A DNA stretch of 63,966 bases, filler included, from Vicugna vicugna (taxonomy: Eukaryota), in assembly GCA_013265495.1 (NCBI GenBank). It is 81 parts of 81 records of this genome, joined end to end, with 100 filler letters (N's around TTAATTAATTAA, not from the genome) between each part and the next. Parts side by side here need not be neighbours in the genome. Positions count along the whole stretch, not along the records: positions 1 to 810 come from PNXW01009467.1; positions 911 to 1,363 come from PNXW01009469.1; positions 1,464 to 2,190 come from PNXW01009473.1; positions 2,291 to 2,822 come from PNXW01009476.1; positions 2,923 to 3,728 come from PNXW01009477.1; positions 3,829 to 4,320 come from MU059462.1; positions 4,421 to 5,254 come from PNXW01009482.1; positions 5,355 to 5,865 come from PNXW01009483.1; 73 more parts are not named here. One strand, written 5' to 3'. Shown here piece after piece: positions 1-13,206 of this stretch; within the stretch, counting starts at the first letter, position 1; each line of letters begins with the position of its first letter. The translations under genes and the position numbers were made by a program. Under the pieces are notes generated by a model. The model saw only the letters and a program-made list of their open reading frames with translations. It had not been told where the DNA came from and did no database searches.

Positions 1-412
1 AGCTTTACTTTTCAGTCGAGGTGTCTCAAGCATAGTTTTGCTAACAACTCCTCATTTGATACCAGGTCATTTGTCACACAGCCCATACCTGAGGAATTAT
101 CTCCATTATTATTGTTATTAACATCTCATTACCCTTATAACAACTTAAAACACAAAAAAACAAATGTCTAGTCTTTCTTTTAAATACTGTATGATGGATG
201 ATACTGACCCAAAGTAAGCTTAGGTTTGGTGTTTTATAAATAACACACATCACCTTTCACAGAATGTTTGTTATCAACAACAGCAAGAAAATCCTATATT
301 CAGTTTTCCCTTGATCAACATATTTGCTATAATTGTCTTTACATATAATTCATATATAGTTAATCAGAATGTTATAGTATTGGAAATACTCGATATTGAA
401 TGCAAACATTTC

Positions 413-659
413 TTTTTTTAATTTGACTTTTTTTAACACTTTTTTATGGAGTTATAGTCATTTTACAATGTTGTGTCAAATTCCAGTGTAGAGCACAATT
501 TTTCAGTTAGACATGAACATATATATATTCATTGACACATTTTTTTAGACACATTTTCCGTGAGCTACCACAAGATCTTGTGTATATTTCCCTGTGCTAT
601 ACAGTATAATCTTCTTTATCTATTCTACATATGCCTGTCAGTATCTACACATTTTGAAA
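413..659 (-). mobile_element. 5'-truncated young LINE-1 3' end (camelid-type) with 9-bp target-site duplication
   Basis: T-rich tail at 413-445, L1 3'UTR-like body near-identical to 45666-45849, and AAACATTTC at both 404-412 and 660-668. Confidence 0.85.
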
Positions 660-810
660 AAACATTTCAATACATAGATAAAAAATGTAAAGCCCCCAGA
701 AGTGATACTGGTGGCAAAAAAAAAAAAAAAGGGATTTGATTCTCTTGATCTCTAATCTCATGCACTTTTTTACCAAACATTAGTTTGGTCATTGACTTAG
801 AAGAGAGTTA

Positions 811-910
811 NNNNNNNNNNNNNNNNNNNNNNNNNNNNNNNNNNNNNNNNNNNNTTAATTAATTAANNNNNNNNNNNNNNNNNNNNNNNNNNNNNNNNNN
901 NNNNNNNNNN
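811..910. other. Artificial scaffold-joining linker (N44-TTAATTAATTAA-N44); first of about 80 copies through 63913
   Basis: Identical 100-bp block recurs every 0.4-1.3 kb. The 12-mer core (855-866) is palindromic with TAA in all six frames, and flanking sequence changes abruptly across each copy. Confidence 0.98.
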
Positions 911-1270
911 TGGCCCTTTCTGAAGGGAGAGCTTCAAAGCATGAGAGAAGTTCTCTTTTGGCTTTGAAGGAGCGAATTTCGATTTTGGAGAGGGACCCAT
1001 ATGTGAGGGAATAGCAGATGGTCTCTATCAGCTGAGGGCTTGAGCTCAGAAACCAAAAGAAAATGAATTCCAGCAACAACCATGTATGTACAAGAGGACA
1101 CAAAAACTTAAATGAGTCTCCAGCCCTGACAACAAGCACCTTCTATGCAGCCTTTTGAGTTCGTGAGCAGAAGATCCAGTTCATCTATACCAGTACCCAC
1201 AGAAATGGTGGGTAGTTTTAACCCAGCACATATGTGATAATTTTTTATGGTACCATAGAAGACTAATTAA
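911..1270 (+). mobile_element. MaLR (MLT1-type) LTR fragment
   Basis: MLT1-like motifs GGCTTTGAAG, GAATTCCAGCAACAACCATG, GCAGCCTTTTGAG..GAGCAGAAGATCCAG and the terminal ATAGAAGACTAAT. Confidence 0.7.
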
Positions 1271-2989
1271 TGCCTGGTTAATACAAAAACTACACATTGA
1301 AAAATGCACCATCGTCCACACTGCATTATAAGGCCACCTTGGCCATCAACCACATACAGTTCTNNNNNNNNNNNNNNNNNNNNNNNNNNNNNNNNNNNNN
1401 NNNNNNNTTAATTAATTAANNNNNNNNNNNNNNNNNNNNNNNNNNNNNNNNNNNNNNNNNNNNCACCACTTGCTGCCACCATGGACGCTGCGGTCTTTCT
1501 TTGCCCTCAGTAAAATCTTGCACAAAATATAATGTCAGTAACTCTCTCTTGAATGAATGATTATATGATTGTTGGATGATGCTTGAGAGTCCTTGTGATA
1601 ATGTCTTTTTCCCAAAATTTCCCCTCTTCTTATCTATGCCCTTTATCTTCCTTTCCTCCAGCCTGGGTTTCAGCCTGCCTGTGGCATTGATTTTCCCTGC
1701 CTGAGGACTCTTCCTTTCACTAGTTCACGATAATGTTACATGTGGGCTGTGGAAATATTTAGATGTCAAGAAAGAGCAAATACATTGCATGAAGTATTTT
1801 TAGACTGTGGTATTCTTTTATCAAATGTAATTAAATAAAGCTGACCCCCTGAGCCCTCCCCTGAGCTCTTTTTACCTTCCTACAGGTGATACTGCTCTGG
1901 TTGCTGCACGTGCCTTTCCCCAGCCTTCGTTTTCCTGTTGAGTAAGTCACCATCACTGGAGCCCTCTCTTTAAAATGAAGAGAATATTTGCTCCTTCTCC
2001 AAGGTTGGGGACTTGGATGAGATGAGGTAACAGATAAAGAATGGAGCCCAAACTCATTCTGACACGTGCTCTTTTCCTTCCTTTCTCCAGGGAAAAGAGT
2101 ACAGTTCAAAAATATAATGATTGTGAGCTAATGAGATAGACAAATCAACCGAACATTTATTACATATCCTTTCATGCCAGAAACAAATGTNNNNNNNNNN
2201 NNNNNNNNNNNNNNNNNNNNNNNNNNNNNNNNNNTTAATTAATTAANNNNNNNNNNNNNNNNNNNNNNNNNNNNNNNNNNNNNNNNNNNNTGTTAATACA
2301 TGGATACCTATGATTCACAGTGCTCTTTGGATTTTGGAATGATGAACTAACAAAAGAAAAGACTACACTGAGTTAGCTCACTTTGTCTTACTACATAATT
2401 AACGTATGTACAGTTAACATGACGGTGAAGAGGATGTGAACTTCTTTTCTTCTGTCTAATGTCATTATATGGGCATCCTATAACAAAGGCAGAACCCTAT
2501 TTCTTACAGATACATGAAACACTTGCCCAAATATTAAGAAAGAAATAGCATAGAAGCTCTTAATCCTTCTTTTGACATAGACTTTGAAAAGGTCCTGGTG
2601 TAATTCTCTCTCCAGTTTAGTAGAACTTTGAGGTTAACGCCCCATGGAGTGTATACGTCTCTTTCCACACATCAGCGTTAGAAAAGGATTTAATTTGACT
2701 GGAAGGGCCTGTAGAATTTAATTGTACCTGTTTTAAGATTTTAATCTGTATAGTAAAACTAACTTCATAAGGACCAAGGAAACTGCAAGAGAACCTGAGC
2801 TTTAAAATCTCATTTTTTTTTTNNNNNNNNNNNNNNNNNNNNNNNNNNNNNNNNNNNNNNNNNNNNTTAATTAATTAANNNNNNNNNNNNNNNNNNNNNN
2901 NNNNNNNNNNNNNNNNNNNNNNATTTGGTGCATATACGAAGGTGTGTAGTGTTTTGACTTGAGTTTGTGTGCACGCGCTGCCACTGAGC

Positions 2990-3140
2990 TACGTGAGCCT
3001 GAGTCAGTTCGTGTTGAGTATTTCCCTCGTCTGTGAGATGGGGACATTCGTATCTGCTTTGTAGAATTGTGAGAATTAGGAATTATGTAAAGTACTTATC
3101 ACAGTGGGTATGTCAAGAGGGCTCATAAACTTTAGCTGCT
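2990..3140 (+). mobile_element. MIR SINE fragment
   Basis: MIR core-like TTTCCCTCGTCTGTGAGATGGG...TTGTGAGAATTA...TGTAAAGTACTTATCACAGTG. Confidence 0.6.
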
Positions 3141-3828
3141 GTTTTGTGTGAAGCCATCATTTGAGAGTCTTTGGCAATTACTAAGAAACAGGAAAATCAG
3201 AAAAGCTGGTTTTATGATGAAAGATATTTGAGGAGGTTCCATAGTTCCTATAACCCATAATTAAGCATCAGCAGAGTAAGAACTGTTACACAGTCGCCCT
3301 GAACCAACGTTAAGCCACAGAATTATTTGTTACTTCATATATGTTGGGGCTTAAGGGGATCCAATACTTATACACATGTTGTCTCCAGCAGCCAACAGCG
3401 AGATGACACAAAAGAGTAGGCAGGCGATAAATGTCTTCCTTGTTACTGATGAAGCCACGTTCTCCATGAACTTCAGGGCTGTGGGAAAATGCGTGTCATG
3501 ATACTGTGTCCCAGAAATAGAGACTCACACTGTCCCATGTAGCTCTGGGCCACAGCGAGCCTTCCCTTGAGGGGACCTGCCCCAGCCATGGAGCTGAACA
3601 TCCCAGGTGCTTCCCAATGGTGATCAACACTGGAGTGAAAGAGTTTCAAACGCCCTGCTTGTCTCGCTGGACTCACACCTCAGTCTGTTAGTGTGATGAG
3701 TGCTAGCTGTGGACCAGGGGCCAGGGGTNNNNNNNNNNNNNNNNNNNNNNNNNNNNNNNNNNNNNNNNNNNNTTAATTAATTAANNNNNNNNNNNNNNNN
3801 NNNNNNNNNNNNNNNNNNNNNNNNNNNN

Positions 3829-4320
3829 TTATGTGTTTTATATACTATATTCTGTGTTCTACTTTCAATGTTTATTTGTATATTAAGTATTCTGTCTTCT
3901 ATAATCTAAATTCTGAGTTCTGTTTTCCAAGTTCCAAAATCTGGCTTCAATATTCCCTAAGCTATATTTTTTATTCTGTTTTCTACATTCTATATTCTAA
4001 ATTATATATTCAGTATTATGNNNNNNNNNNNNNNNNNNNNNNNNNNNNNNNNNNNNNNNNNNNNNNNNNNNNNNNNNNNNNNNNNNNNNNNNNNNNNNNN
4101 NNNNNNNNNNNNNNNNNNNNNNNNNNNNNNNNNNNNNNNNNNNNNNNNNNNNNNNNNNNNNNNNNNNNNNNNNNNNNNNNNNNNNNNNNNNNNNNNNNNN
4201 NNNNNNNNNNNNNNNNNNNNNNNNNNNNNNNNNNNNNNNNNNNNNNNNNNNNNNNNNNCTTCAATATTCCTTAATCTATATTTTTTATTCTGTTTTTTAC
4301 ATTCTATATTCTAAATTATA
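3829..4320 (+). repeat. Satellite A (degenerate 7-mer TTCTATA), with internal gap
   Basis: TTC-anchored 7-bp periodicity. Confidence 0.9.
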
Positions 4321-4420
4321 NNNNNNNNNNNNNNNNNNNNNNNNNNNNNNNNNNNNNNNNNNNNTTAATTAATTAANNNNNNNNNNNNNNNNNNNNNNNN
4401 NNNNNNNNNNNNNNNNNNNN

Positions 4421-5254
4421 AACCAAACAATGTTGATAAGTTAAGCGATTTTATAAGAACAAAGGTCCTGTTCTCAGTTGGAGGAGGTTGCCCACTCTCA
4501 GGATAACTGTGCAAGTTTTCGTGTGTGTACTCGAGGTGTGGAAACAGACTCCACGGATCTTTATGGGGGCACAGGTGTTTCCAGGTTAGGGATGTTGTTT
4601 AAACACCTCCACACACCATAGAGAGGTCATCGCAAATACTTGGTTTCGGAGCCCAAACCACACTTTCCCCCGCACTCCCGCCTAGGTTTTCCATCAGGGA
4701 AGACAAGCAAAGGTATTGAATTAGAACCCAGGCGCTGCTGTCCTTTGGAGGAACTTCCCTGCACTCCGAATTCCAGAACACATTCTTAGGTGTGGGAGAG
4801 ATGTGTAGCCCCACTCCACCCAGATGAATGGAGGAAAATGTGTTCCGTATAGGGAGAAGTCCTCTAAGTAATTCCTCAGTGGATCAGGGGGCACTAAGTG
4901 CTACTTGTCTTCCAAGCCCAACCCCCAGCTTTCCCTCATGGCCTGGCCTAAAGGAACACTCAGGGAACAGAAGCTAAGGGATACTAATAGAACCCAGGTT
5001 CTGCTGTCAGTTTGAGGAACCTCCCCACACATACCAGAACAATTCTTCGCGTGTGTGCTGGATGTAGGGAAACAGTCAAAGCACATTTCAGGGGGCACAT
5101 TTAATAAATGGTTGTGGGTTGTAGGTTAAAAACCTACATCCCATGGATAGGCTCTCGCTAATACTTGGTTTAGAGCCCAACCCCCACTTTCCCCCACTCC
5201 CAAGCCTACTCATGCCATCAGGGAAGACAAGCTAAGGGATTCTATTAGAACCCA
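4421..5254 (-). repeat. Satellite B (diverged ~260-267-bp monomers, 267-bp family)
   Basis: Landmark TAGAACCCAGG..CTGCTGTC or close variants at ~4455, 4721, 4988 and 5246. Confidence 0.88.
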
Positions 5255-5354
5255 NNNNNNNNNNNNNNNNNNNNNNNNNNNNNNNNNNNNNNNNNNNNTT
5301 AATTAATTAANNNNNNNNNNNNNNNNNNNNNNNNNNNNNNNNNNNNNNNNNNNN

Positions 5355-5865
5355 TTCACCTAGCTTGAAGGGAACACAAAGATTCTTTTCAGTTGCTAAA
5401 TCCACTCCATACATATATATGGGGATGTACAAAGTCCAAATCGGTTTTACAGTGACAACTGCAGGAACATCAAACCGGCACTAGGAAACAGACTGAGAAA
5501 CCACAGTAAGTGTTTCTCCTGCAACCCGTTCCCTTTGTGCTTGATGAACGAAATTCTCTCCACATGCTCAATTCTGAGAGATAATCTGAGAGATAAGTGT
5601 GTGTGAAATCCTTCCTTCAACTAGCTTGAAGGCAACACAAAGTTTCCTTTCAGTTGCCAACTCCACTCCACACATATATATGGGTAGGTACAAGGTCCAT
5701 CTCGGTTTTACAGTGACAAATGCAGGAACATCATACCGGCACTAGGAAACAGACTGAGAAACCACAGTAAGTGTTTCTCCTGCAACCCGTTCCCTTTGTG
5801 CTAGATGAAAGTTCGTCCCACCACATGCTCTGTTGTGAGAGATAAGTGTGTGTGAAAGCCTTCCT
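5355..5865 (+). repeat. Satellite C (~248-bp monomer), about two units
   Basis: TAGCTTGAAG at 5361 and 5622; spacing includes a 12-bp internal duplication near 5570-5595; matches 40693-41580. Confidence 0.92.
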
Positions 5866-5965
5866 NNNNNNNNNNNNNNNNNNNNNNNNNNNNNNNNNNN
5901 NNNNNNNNNTTAATTAATTAANNNNNNNNNNNNNNNNNNNNNNNNNNNNNNNNNNNNNNNNNNNN

Positions 5966-6330
5966 GAGTACAAAGGCTTAGTGTATCTTTAGGGAAGTCA
6001 TGGGGAGAGGAGAATAATATACATTCTTTAGATATGTGAATTACAAAGCAGACCACCAGACCAGCCAGGTCCTTGTTTTGCGGTTAATAGACTATCTAAC
6101 TGCACACAAGCCCAGCGTTTACAGCTGAGGGCCTGGGTCATTGCTTTGCAACCAGCAGAGTGCTATCTAAAACCTCAACTATGCAAGCAAAGCATTGTCT
6201 CTACTTTTTAAGGCAAGGAGACAGGAGTGAGGATGCATAGGCACTTGCTTGCAAAGCAGTTTCTAAGCATATTTTTTTCTTCTTAAAGTTGACAGGGGAC
6301 AGGGGTCTGTTAAAATTTGTTAACCCAATA
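5966..6330 (-). mobile_element. Probable ERV LTR fragment
   Basis: LTR-like composition; reverse strand begins TATTGGGTTAAC (degenerate TG start). Family not identified. Confidence 0.35.
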
Positions 6331-7505
6331 ATGGGCTCCCACATGGAACCATTATGGAGGACACCCTAGGGTGACAATTCCTGGCTCTGGGCCTTTTCCT
6401 GCAGGCTTCAGCCACATCAGCACGGTCTAGGCACATCCCTGAATAACGATCCTACAGAGCCACACACACTCTTAACTCCTGGTACTTGAAACTTAATTTT
6501 AGCTCTACAAAACTTAACATAGAAAAGTTTCAGAAATAAAAGATATTATATTCATTTTATATCTCATTTATGACTGATTTTTCTGATTGCTCTAAGCTGC
6601 TTCTTCTTGGTAAAGCACCTAATTCTGCAGGTGAATTCAGTACTTTTTTGGGCATAACTAGCCAGTTTGGTCTCGCTAACTTCTATTGGTCAAATACCGA
6701 AGTCAAATACCACTTAATTGATTTCATTGTTCATCAATTTCAGCTGAGAGTAGAGGGAGTGTCACTTTGTTCCTCAGCCCACCCTCAACTCTTTATCATC
6801 AGCAACTCAGGCCTCCGGAAAACAAAAAAAAAAAAAAGCATTTGTTTCTCTTCTACACTTTCAACAAACCCAACAGGATACATCAGCCTGGAGANNNNNN
6901 NNNNNNNNNNNNNNNNNNNNNNNNNNNNNNNNNNNNNNTTAATTAATTAANNNNNNNNNNNNNNNNNNNNNNNNNNNNNNNNNNNNNNNNNNNNCTCAAT
7001 AGTCCTTTAATACAGAGTTTAACTCTATAGAGCTGGTGAATTTTAGACAGTTACTGTAAGCAAAATGCATGTAGTAGGTGTCTTATCATGGAACCTGTAT
7101 TCATGGAATTGAATTAGAGTGCTCAGTTGCCAATTCCCTTTATTCATAATCTCTCTTTACACAGAAGACACAAGAACCATATTTCCCTCAATGTAAATTG
7201 CTGTTTTAAATATATATTTTCAGTTTGAACTTAGTGACATCTCTTCAGTTAAACTTGCTGGTTACCAGTAAAAACCTTAAAATGACCTTTCAGCTGTTAC
7301 AGACCTAGATTTTTAGGGTGCCTCAGAATGTCTCATCTTTTGTAGGTGGTCAGCAGGTAGGTACTATTTATCATGTAACTAACTACTGGGGACACTGGAC
7401 TGGAANNNNNNNNNNNNNNNNNNNNNNNNNNNNNNNNNNNNNNNNNNNNTTAATTAATTAANNNNNNNNNNNNNNNNNNNNNNNNNNNNNNNNNNNNNNN
7501 NNNNN

Positions 7506-8326
7506 ATTTTTCTGTGAAAAATGCACGAATTCTAAACTGGTGTTAGGGAATGCTTGTGAAAATATGTACACGTTTCTAGAAAAAAATTTTCCTTTTATAG
7601 AGGATGAAACATCAGTAATCCACATGCTCTCAACTCAGGAATGCATGTTTTCGAATCCGTCATGCATGTAGCATGTACGGAACACGGAATATTATGTAGA
7701 TAGAATCTATTCAAATTACATATCTCTAGGGTNNNNNNNNNNNNNNNNNNNNNNNNNNNNNNNNNNNNNNNNNNNNNNNNNNNNNNNNNNNNNNNNNNNN
7801 NNNNNNNNNNNNNNNNNNNNNNNNNNNNNNNNNNNNNNNNNNNNNNNNNNNNNNNNNNNNNNNNNNNNNNNNNNNNNNNNNNNNNNNNNNNNNNNNNNNN
7901 NNNNNNNNNNNNNNNNNNNNNNNNNNNNNNNNNNNNNNNNNNNNNNNNNNNNNNNNNNNNNNNNNNNNNNNNNNNNNNNNNNNNNNNNNNNNNNNNNNNN
8001 NNNNNNNNNNNNNNNNNNNNNNNNNNNNNNNNNNNNNNNNNNNNNNNNNNNNNNNNNNNNNNNNNNNNNNNNNNNNNNNNNNNNNNNNNNNNNNNNNNNN
8101 NNNNNNNNNNNNNNNAGTAATCCACATGCTGAGATCTCAGAAACCCATGTTTGCCGAATCCGTCATGCATGTATCATGTACGGAACCCGGAATGCCATGT
8201 TGATGGAATTCATGTAAATTACATATCTATTTCATAGAAATCGCTCCAGAAGTATTTTTCTGAAAAAAACGCACGAGTTCGAAACTGGTGTTAGGGAAAG
8301 CTTATGAAAATCTGTACACGTGTCTA
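7506..8326 (+). repeat. Satellite D (~247-bp monomers in ~740-bp HOR), with gap
   Basis: TCCACATGCT...GAATCCGTCATGCATGTA.CATGTACGGAAC motif occurs on both sides of the gap. Confidence 0.9.
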
Positions 8327-8426
8327 NNNNNNNNNNNNNNNNNNNNNNNNNNNNNNNNNNNNNNNNNNNNTTAATTAATTAANNNNNNNNNNNNNNNNNN
8401 NNNNNNNNNNNNNNNNNNNNNNNNNN

Positions 8427-9148
8427 ACGATGTAGTTTTCTGGAATCCTGAGCATGGGGAGGCTCCTCCAATTGACAGCAGCGCCTGGGTTCTAATAATA
8501 TCGCTGAACATGTCTTCCCTGTTTGGTTGCCTGATACGGAGTGCGGGGGAAAGTGGGGGTTGGGCTTTAAATCCAAGTATTAGCGAGTGCTTCTTCATGG
8601 GAAGTGGAGGTTATTAACCAAAAACCCACAACCTGGGAACACCTGTGCTCCTTGAAAAATGCGTGGACTCTNNNNNNNNNNNNNNNNNNNNNNNNNNNNN
8701 NNNNNNNNNNNNNNNNNNNNNNNNNNNNNNNNNNNNNNNNNNNNNNNNNNNNNNNNNNNNNNNNNNNNNNNNNNNNNNNNNNNNNNNNNNNNNNNNNNNN
8801 NNNNNNNNNNNNNNNNNGTGGGGGTTGGGCTCTAAAGCCAAGTAATAGCGAGTGCCTCTCTATGGGCAGTGGAGGTGTTTAAAGTACATTCCCTCCCTGG
8901 GAACACCTGTGCCCCCATAAACTTGCGTGGACTATGTATCCCTAACACCAGCACACACACAAAGACTTGTTCAGGTATCCTGAGTGTGGGGAGTCTCCTC
9001 CAACTGACAGCAGCGCCTGGGTTCTAATAGAATCCCAAAGCTTGTCTTCCATGATGGCATGCCTAGGCTGGAGTTTGGGGGAAAGTGGTGCTTGGGTTTG
9101 AAATCCAAGTAGCAACAAGTGCCCCCCGATTTACTGAGGAAGTACTTA
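8427..9148 (+). repeat. Satellite B
   Basis: GACAGCAGCGCCTGGGTTCTAATA at ~8474 and ~9007. Confidence 0.88.
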
Positions 9149-9248
9149 NNNNNNNNNNNNNNNNNNNNNNNNNNNNNNNNNNNNNNNNNNNNTTAATTAA
9201 TTAANNNNNNNNNNNNNNNNNNNNNNNNNNNNNNNNNNNNNNNNNNNN

Positions 9249-9936
9249 AGAATACAGAATATAGAATTTAGAACACAGAATAAAAAATATGGATAACAGA
9301 ATATACAACACATAACTTATAACATGGAATGCAGAACACAGAATTTAGAATATAGTATAGAGATTACTGAATATAGAATTAAGAATATAGAATGTAGAAC
9401 ACAGAATTTAGAATATAGAATACAGAATATTGAATAAATATCTTAGAATATAGAATNNNNNNNNNNNNNNNNNNNNNNNNNNNNNNNNNNNNNNNNNNNN
9501 NNNNNNNNNNNNNNNNNNNNNNNNNNNNNNNNNNNNNNNNNNNNNNNNNACGCAAAATAATAGAATAGAGAATATTGAAGCCAGAATTTAAAACATGGAA
9601 TGCAGAACAAAGAATTTCGAATATAAATACAGAATACTGAATGTAGATTTTCAATATAGAATGCAGAACACAGGATATATAATAGAGTATACAGAACACA
9701 GAATATAAAACATGGAATCCAGAACACCGAATTAAGAATATAGAATACAGAATACTGAATATAGAATTTAGAATATAGAATGTAGAACACAGAATAAAGA
9801 ATATAGAATACGGAATGCAGAATATAGAATGAAGAATATAGAATGAAGAGTACAAAATATAGAATATAGGATAGAGAATAAACAACACAGGATTTAGAAC
9901 ATGGAATGCAGATCATAGAATTTAGAATATAGAATA
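9249..9936 (-). repeat. Satellite A (AGAATAT strand)
   Basis: 7-bp periodic AGAATAT/AGAACAC/AGAATTT units. Confidence 0.93.
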
Positions 9937-10036
9937 NNNNNNNNNNNNNNNNNNNNNNNNNNNNNNNNNNNNNNNNNNNNTTAATTAATTAANNNNNNNN
10001 NNNNNNNNNNNNNNNNNNNNNNNNNNNNNNNNNNNN

Positions 10037-10737
10037 TATTCTAAATTCTATATTCAGTATTCTGTTTTCTATATCTATATTCTGTGTGCTGCATTTCAAG
10101 TTCTATATTGTAGGTTATGTGTTCTCTTTTCCATATTCTATATTCTATGTTCTACATTCTATATTTTGTGTTCTGTATCTGCATTCCATATTCTATATGC
10201 TATATTCTGTGTTCTACGTTCTATATTCTAAATTCTGTATTCAGTATTCTGTATTCTATATTCTAAATTCTGTTTTCTGCATTCCATATTCTCAATTCTG
10301 GGTTCTATATTTTCTATTCTCTATTCTATATACTGAGTTCGACACTCTATAATCTAAATTCTATGTTCAGTATTCTGTATTCTAAATTCTAAATTCTGTG
10401 TTCTTCATTCTATGTTCTAATTTGTATATTCATTTTTCTGTATTCTATATTCTAAATTCTGTGTTCTACATTTTATATTCTAAATTCTATATGCATAATT
10501 CTGTATTCTATATTCTAAATTCTGTGTTCAGTATTCCATGTTCTAAATTCTGTGTTCTAAAATTCTGTGTGTTCTCTATTCTTTATTCTATATTGTGTCT
10601 TCTACATTTTATGCTCTATATACTATATTTTGCATTCCGTATTCAATATTCTAAATTCTGAGATATAATTCTAAATTCTAAACACTATATTAAGTATTTT
10701 GTTTTCTATATTCTAAATTCTGTGTTCTGCATTCTAT
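10037..10737 (+). repeat. Satellite A
   Basis: 7-bp periodic TTCTATA/TTCTAAA/TTCTGTG units. Confidence 0.93.
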
Positions 10738-11681
10738 NNNNNNNNNNNNNNNNNNNNNNNNNNNNNNNNNNNNNNNNNNNNTTAATTAATTAANNNNNNN
10801 NNNNNNNNNNNNNNNNNNNNNNNNNNNNNNNNNNNNNCCCTCCCCAGTAAAGTACCCAACTGTCCTCCCTCCCATCCCACCATTCTTTCTTTGTGAGAAT
10901 TCTGCAGTCTCCACACACCATCCTGAACGCAGGTGCCTTGCTAGCTGGACCCGAGATGCTTCATTCTCACACACCCTGTGTCCTTTCACTTTCCCCTTTC
11001 TACCTTAAAAAAGCCTTTCCTGAGTCACCCACTCCTCTAATTCTGACTTTCACAAAGTACTGAGGTTGCAGTCACTTTGTGCATACCTCCCAGGTTTTGG
11101 CTGGGTTTCCTTCCCAAGATCTTCATTAAGGAGCTGCATCAAGAAGTTTAAACAGGCTAGTCTTACATCTGAGCGGAGGAGCCTGCATAAAATTAAAATG
11201 GCTTTGAAGAGAGAGTTAACCAGGGACAGAGAGGTCGCAGGTCGTAGTCAACAGTGTCATAAGGCAAAATGTTCTTCAAAGGCTAAGTGTGGCTTCTGAA
11301 CGCGGAGTCGGCAGGGAGGAGATGCCAGGAAGTGAGTAGGGTGAGTGACACAGGGTACGCTACCCCAGCTGGGGAAGAATTGGATTTTTTTCTAGTTTTT
11401 GAAACAATTTCTTACTACCTTTTTCTCTTATTGTGACATAGCATTTTCTACGAATTAAGAATATCAATGTCAGTCATTTGGGCTGCTTGGGTGAAGCTAC
11501 ACGATGCCATTCACATGGCTGGGATATAAGTGGAAAGGCCAGTGGAGTATTTCTAAGGAAATCACGGGCATGCAGCAAACTNNNNNNNNNNNNNNNNNNN
11601 NNNNNNNNNNNNNNNNNNNNNNNNNTTAATTAATTAANNNNNNNNNNNNNNNNNNNNNNNNNNNNNNNNNNNNNNNNNNNN

Positions 11682-12449
11682 CATGCTACATGCATGATGG
11701 ATTCGGCAATCATGCATTTCTGAATTCTGAACATGTGGATTACTGACCTTTCATCTACAAAAAATGTGTATATACACTTAGAATTATTTACACTGACTTC
11801 ATAGATTTTTCTATCACCAGTATCTTAAATTGGACATCTGGCACCAGAAAACACTCTTTGAGCGAATTCTCACAAATACACATGTAATTTACATTGTTTA
11901 AATAACCATGGCATTCCGTATTACGAACGAGTTTCATGCATCACGGATTCTTCAAACTTGAATTTCTGAGTTGTGAACATGCGCATGACTGATGTTTCAA
12001 CCACCAAACAAGTTACCTATGCACTCTGAAATATTTACTTTGACTTGGTAGCTTCTTGCTATCACCAGTTTCAAGAATCACACTTTGATCCCACAAAGAC
12101 CCTCTTGGAGCCAATTCTACCCTAGAGATATGTAATTTGAATAGATCTCATCTACATGATATTCCGTGTACCGTACTTGCTACATGGATGACGGATTCGA
12201 CAAATATACATTCCTGAGTTGAGGTCATCTGGATTACTAATCTTTCCTCCTCTATAAAAGTAATATTTTCATCTAGACATGTGTACACATTTTCATGAGC
12301 TTTCCCTAAAACCAGGTTCTAATTCGGGCATTTTTCACAAAAAAATATTTCTGGAGCGATTTCCACCTAATAGGTATGTAATTTACATGTATTCCAACAA
12401 CATGGCATTCCGGGTTCCGTACATGCTACATGCATGATGGATTCGGCTA
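11682..12449 (-). repeat. Satellite D, one full 740-bp higher-order unit
   Basis: CATGCTACATGCATGATGGATTCGGC is identical at 11682 and 12422, with two more diverged monomers between. Confidence 0.92.
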
Positions 12450-12549
12450 NNNNNNNNNNNNNNNNNNNNNNNNNNNNNNNNNNNNNNNNNNNNTTAATTA
12501 ATTAANNNNNNNNNNNNNNNNNNNNNNNNNNNNNNNNNNNNNNNNNNNN

Positions 12550-13106
12550 GGAATGCCATGGTTATGTAAACAATGTAAATAACATGTGTATTGGAGGGAC
12601 TTCAATCGGAGTGTTTTCTGATGCCAAAAGTCCGATTTTAAAACTTGGTGGTAGAAAAAATCTATGAAGTCAGAGTAAATATTTCAAAGTGTATATATGC
12701 TTGTTTGGTGGATGAAAGGTCAGTAACGCATGCTCACAAGCCAGAAACGTATGTTTGCCAAATCCGTCTTGCATGTATCATGTGCGGAACCCGGAATGTC
12801 ATGTTGATTGAACACATGTAAATTACATATCTGTTAGGAGGAAATCACTCCAGAAATATTCTTATGTGAAAAATGCACGAATTCGAAACTGGTGTTAGGG
12901 AAAGCTTGTGAAAAAGTGAAAATTTCGTGTCTAGATGAAAATATTCCTTTTATAGAGGTTGAAAGATCAGTCATCCACATGCTCTCAACCCAGGAATGGA
13001 TGTTTCTCGAATCCGTTATGCATGAAGCATGTACGGAACAAGGAATATCATGTTGATGGAATATTCAAATTCCATATCTCTAGGGAAGAATTCGCTCCAA
13101 GAGAGT
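12550..13106 (+). repeat. Satellite D
   Basis: Same monomer order as 38410-39207. Confidence 0.9.
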
Positions 13107-13206
13107 NNNNNNNNNNNNNNNNNNNNNNNNNNNNNNNNNNNNNNNNNNNNTTAATTAATTAANNNNNNNNNNNNNNNNNNNNNNNNNNNNNNNNNNNNNN
13201 NNNNNN

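Noticed and set aside
2510..2548. Possible terminal exon IHETLAQILRKK* after TTCTTACAG
   Set aside because: Too short to tell from chance.
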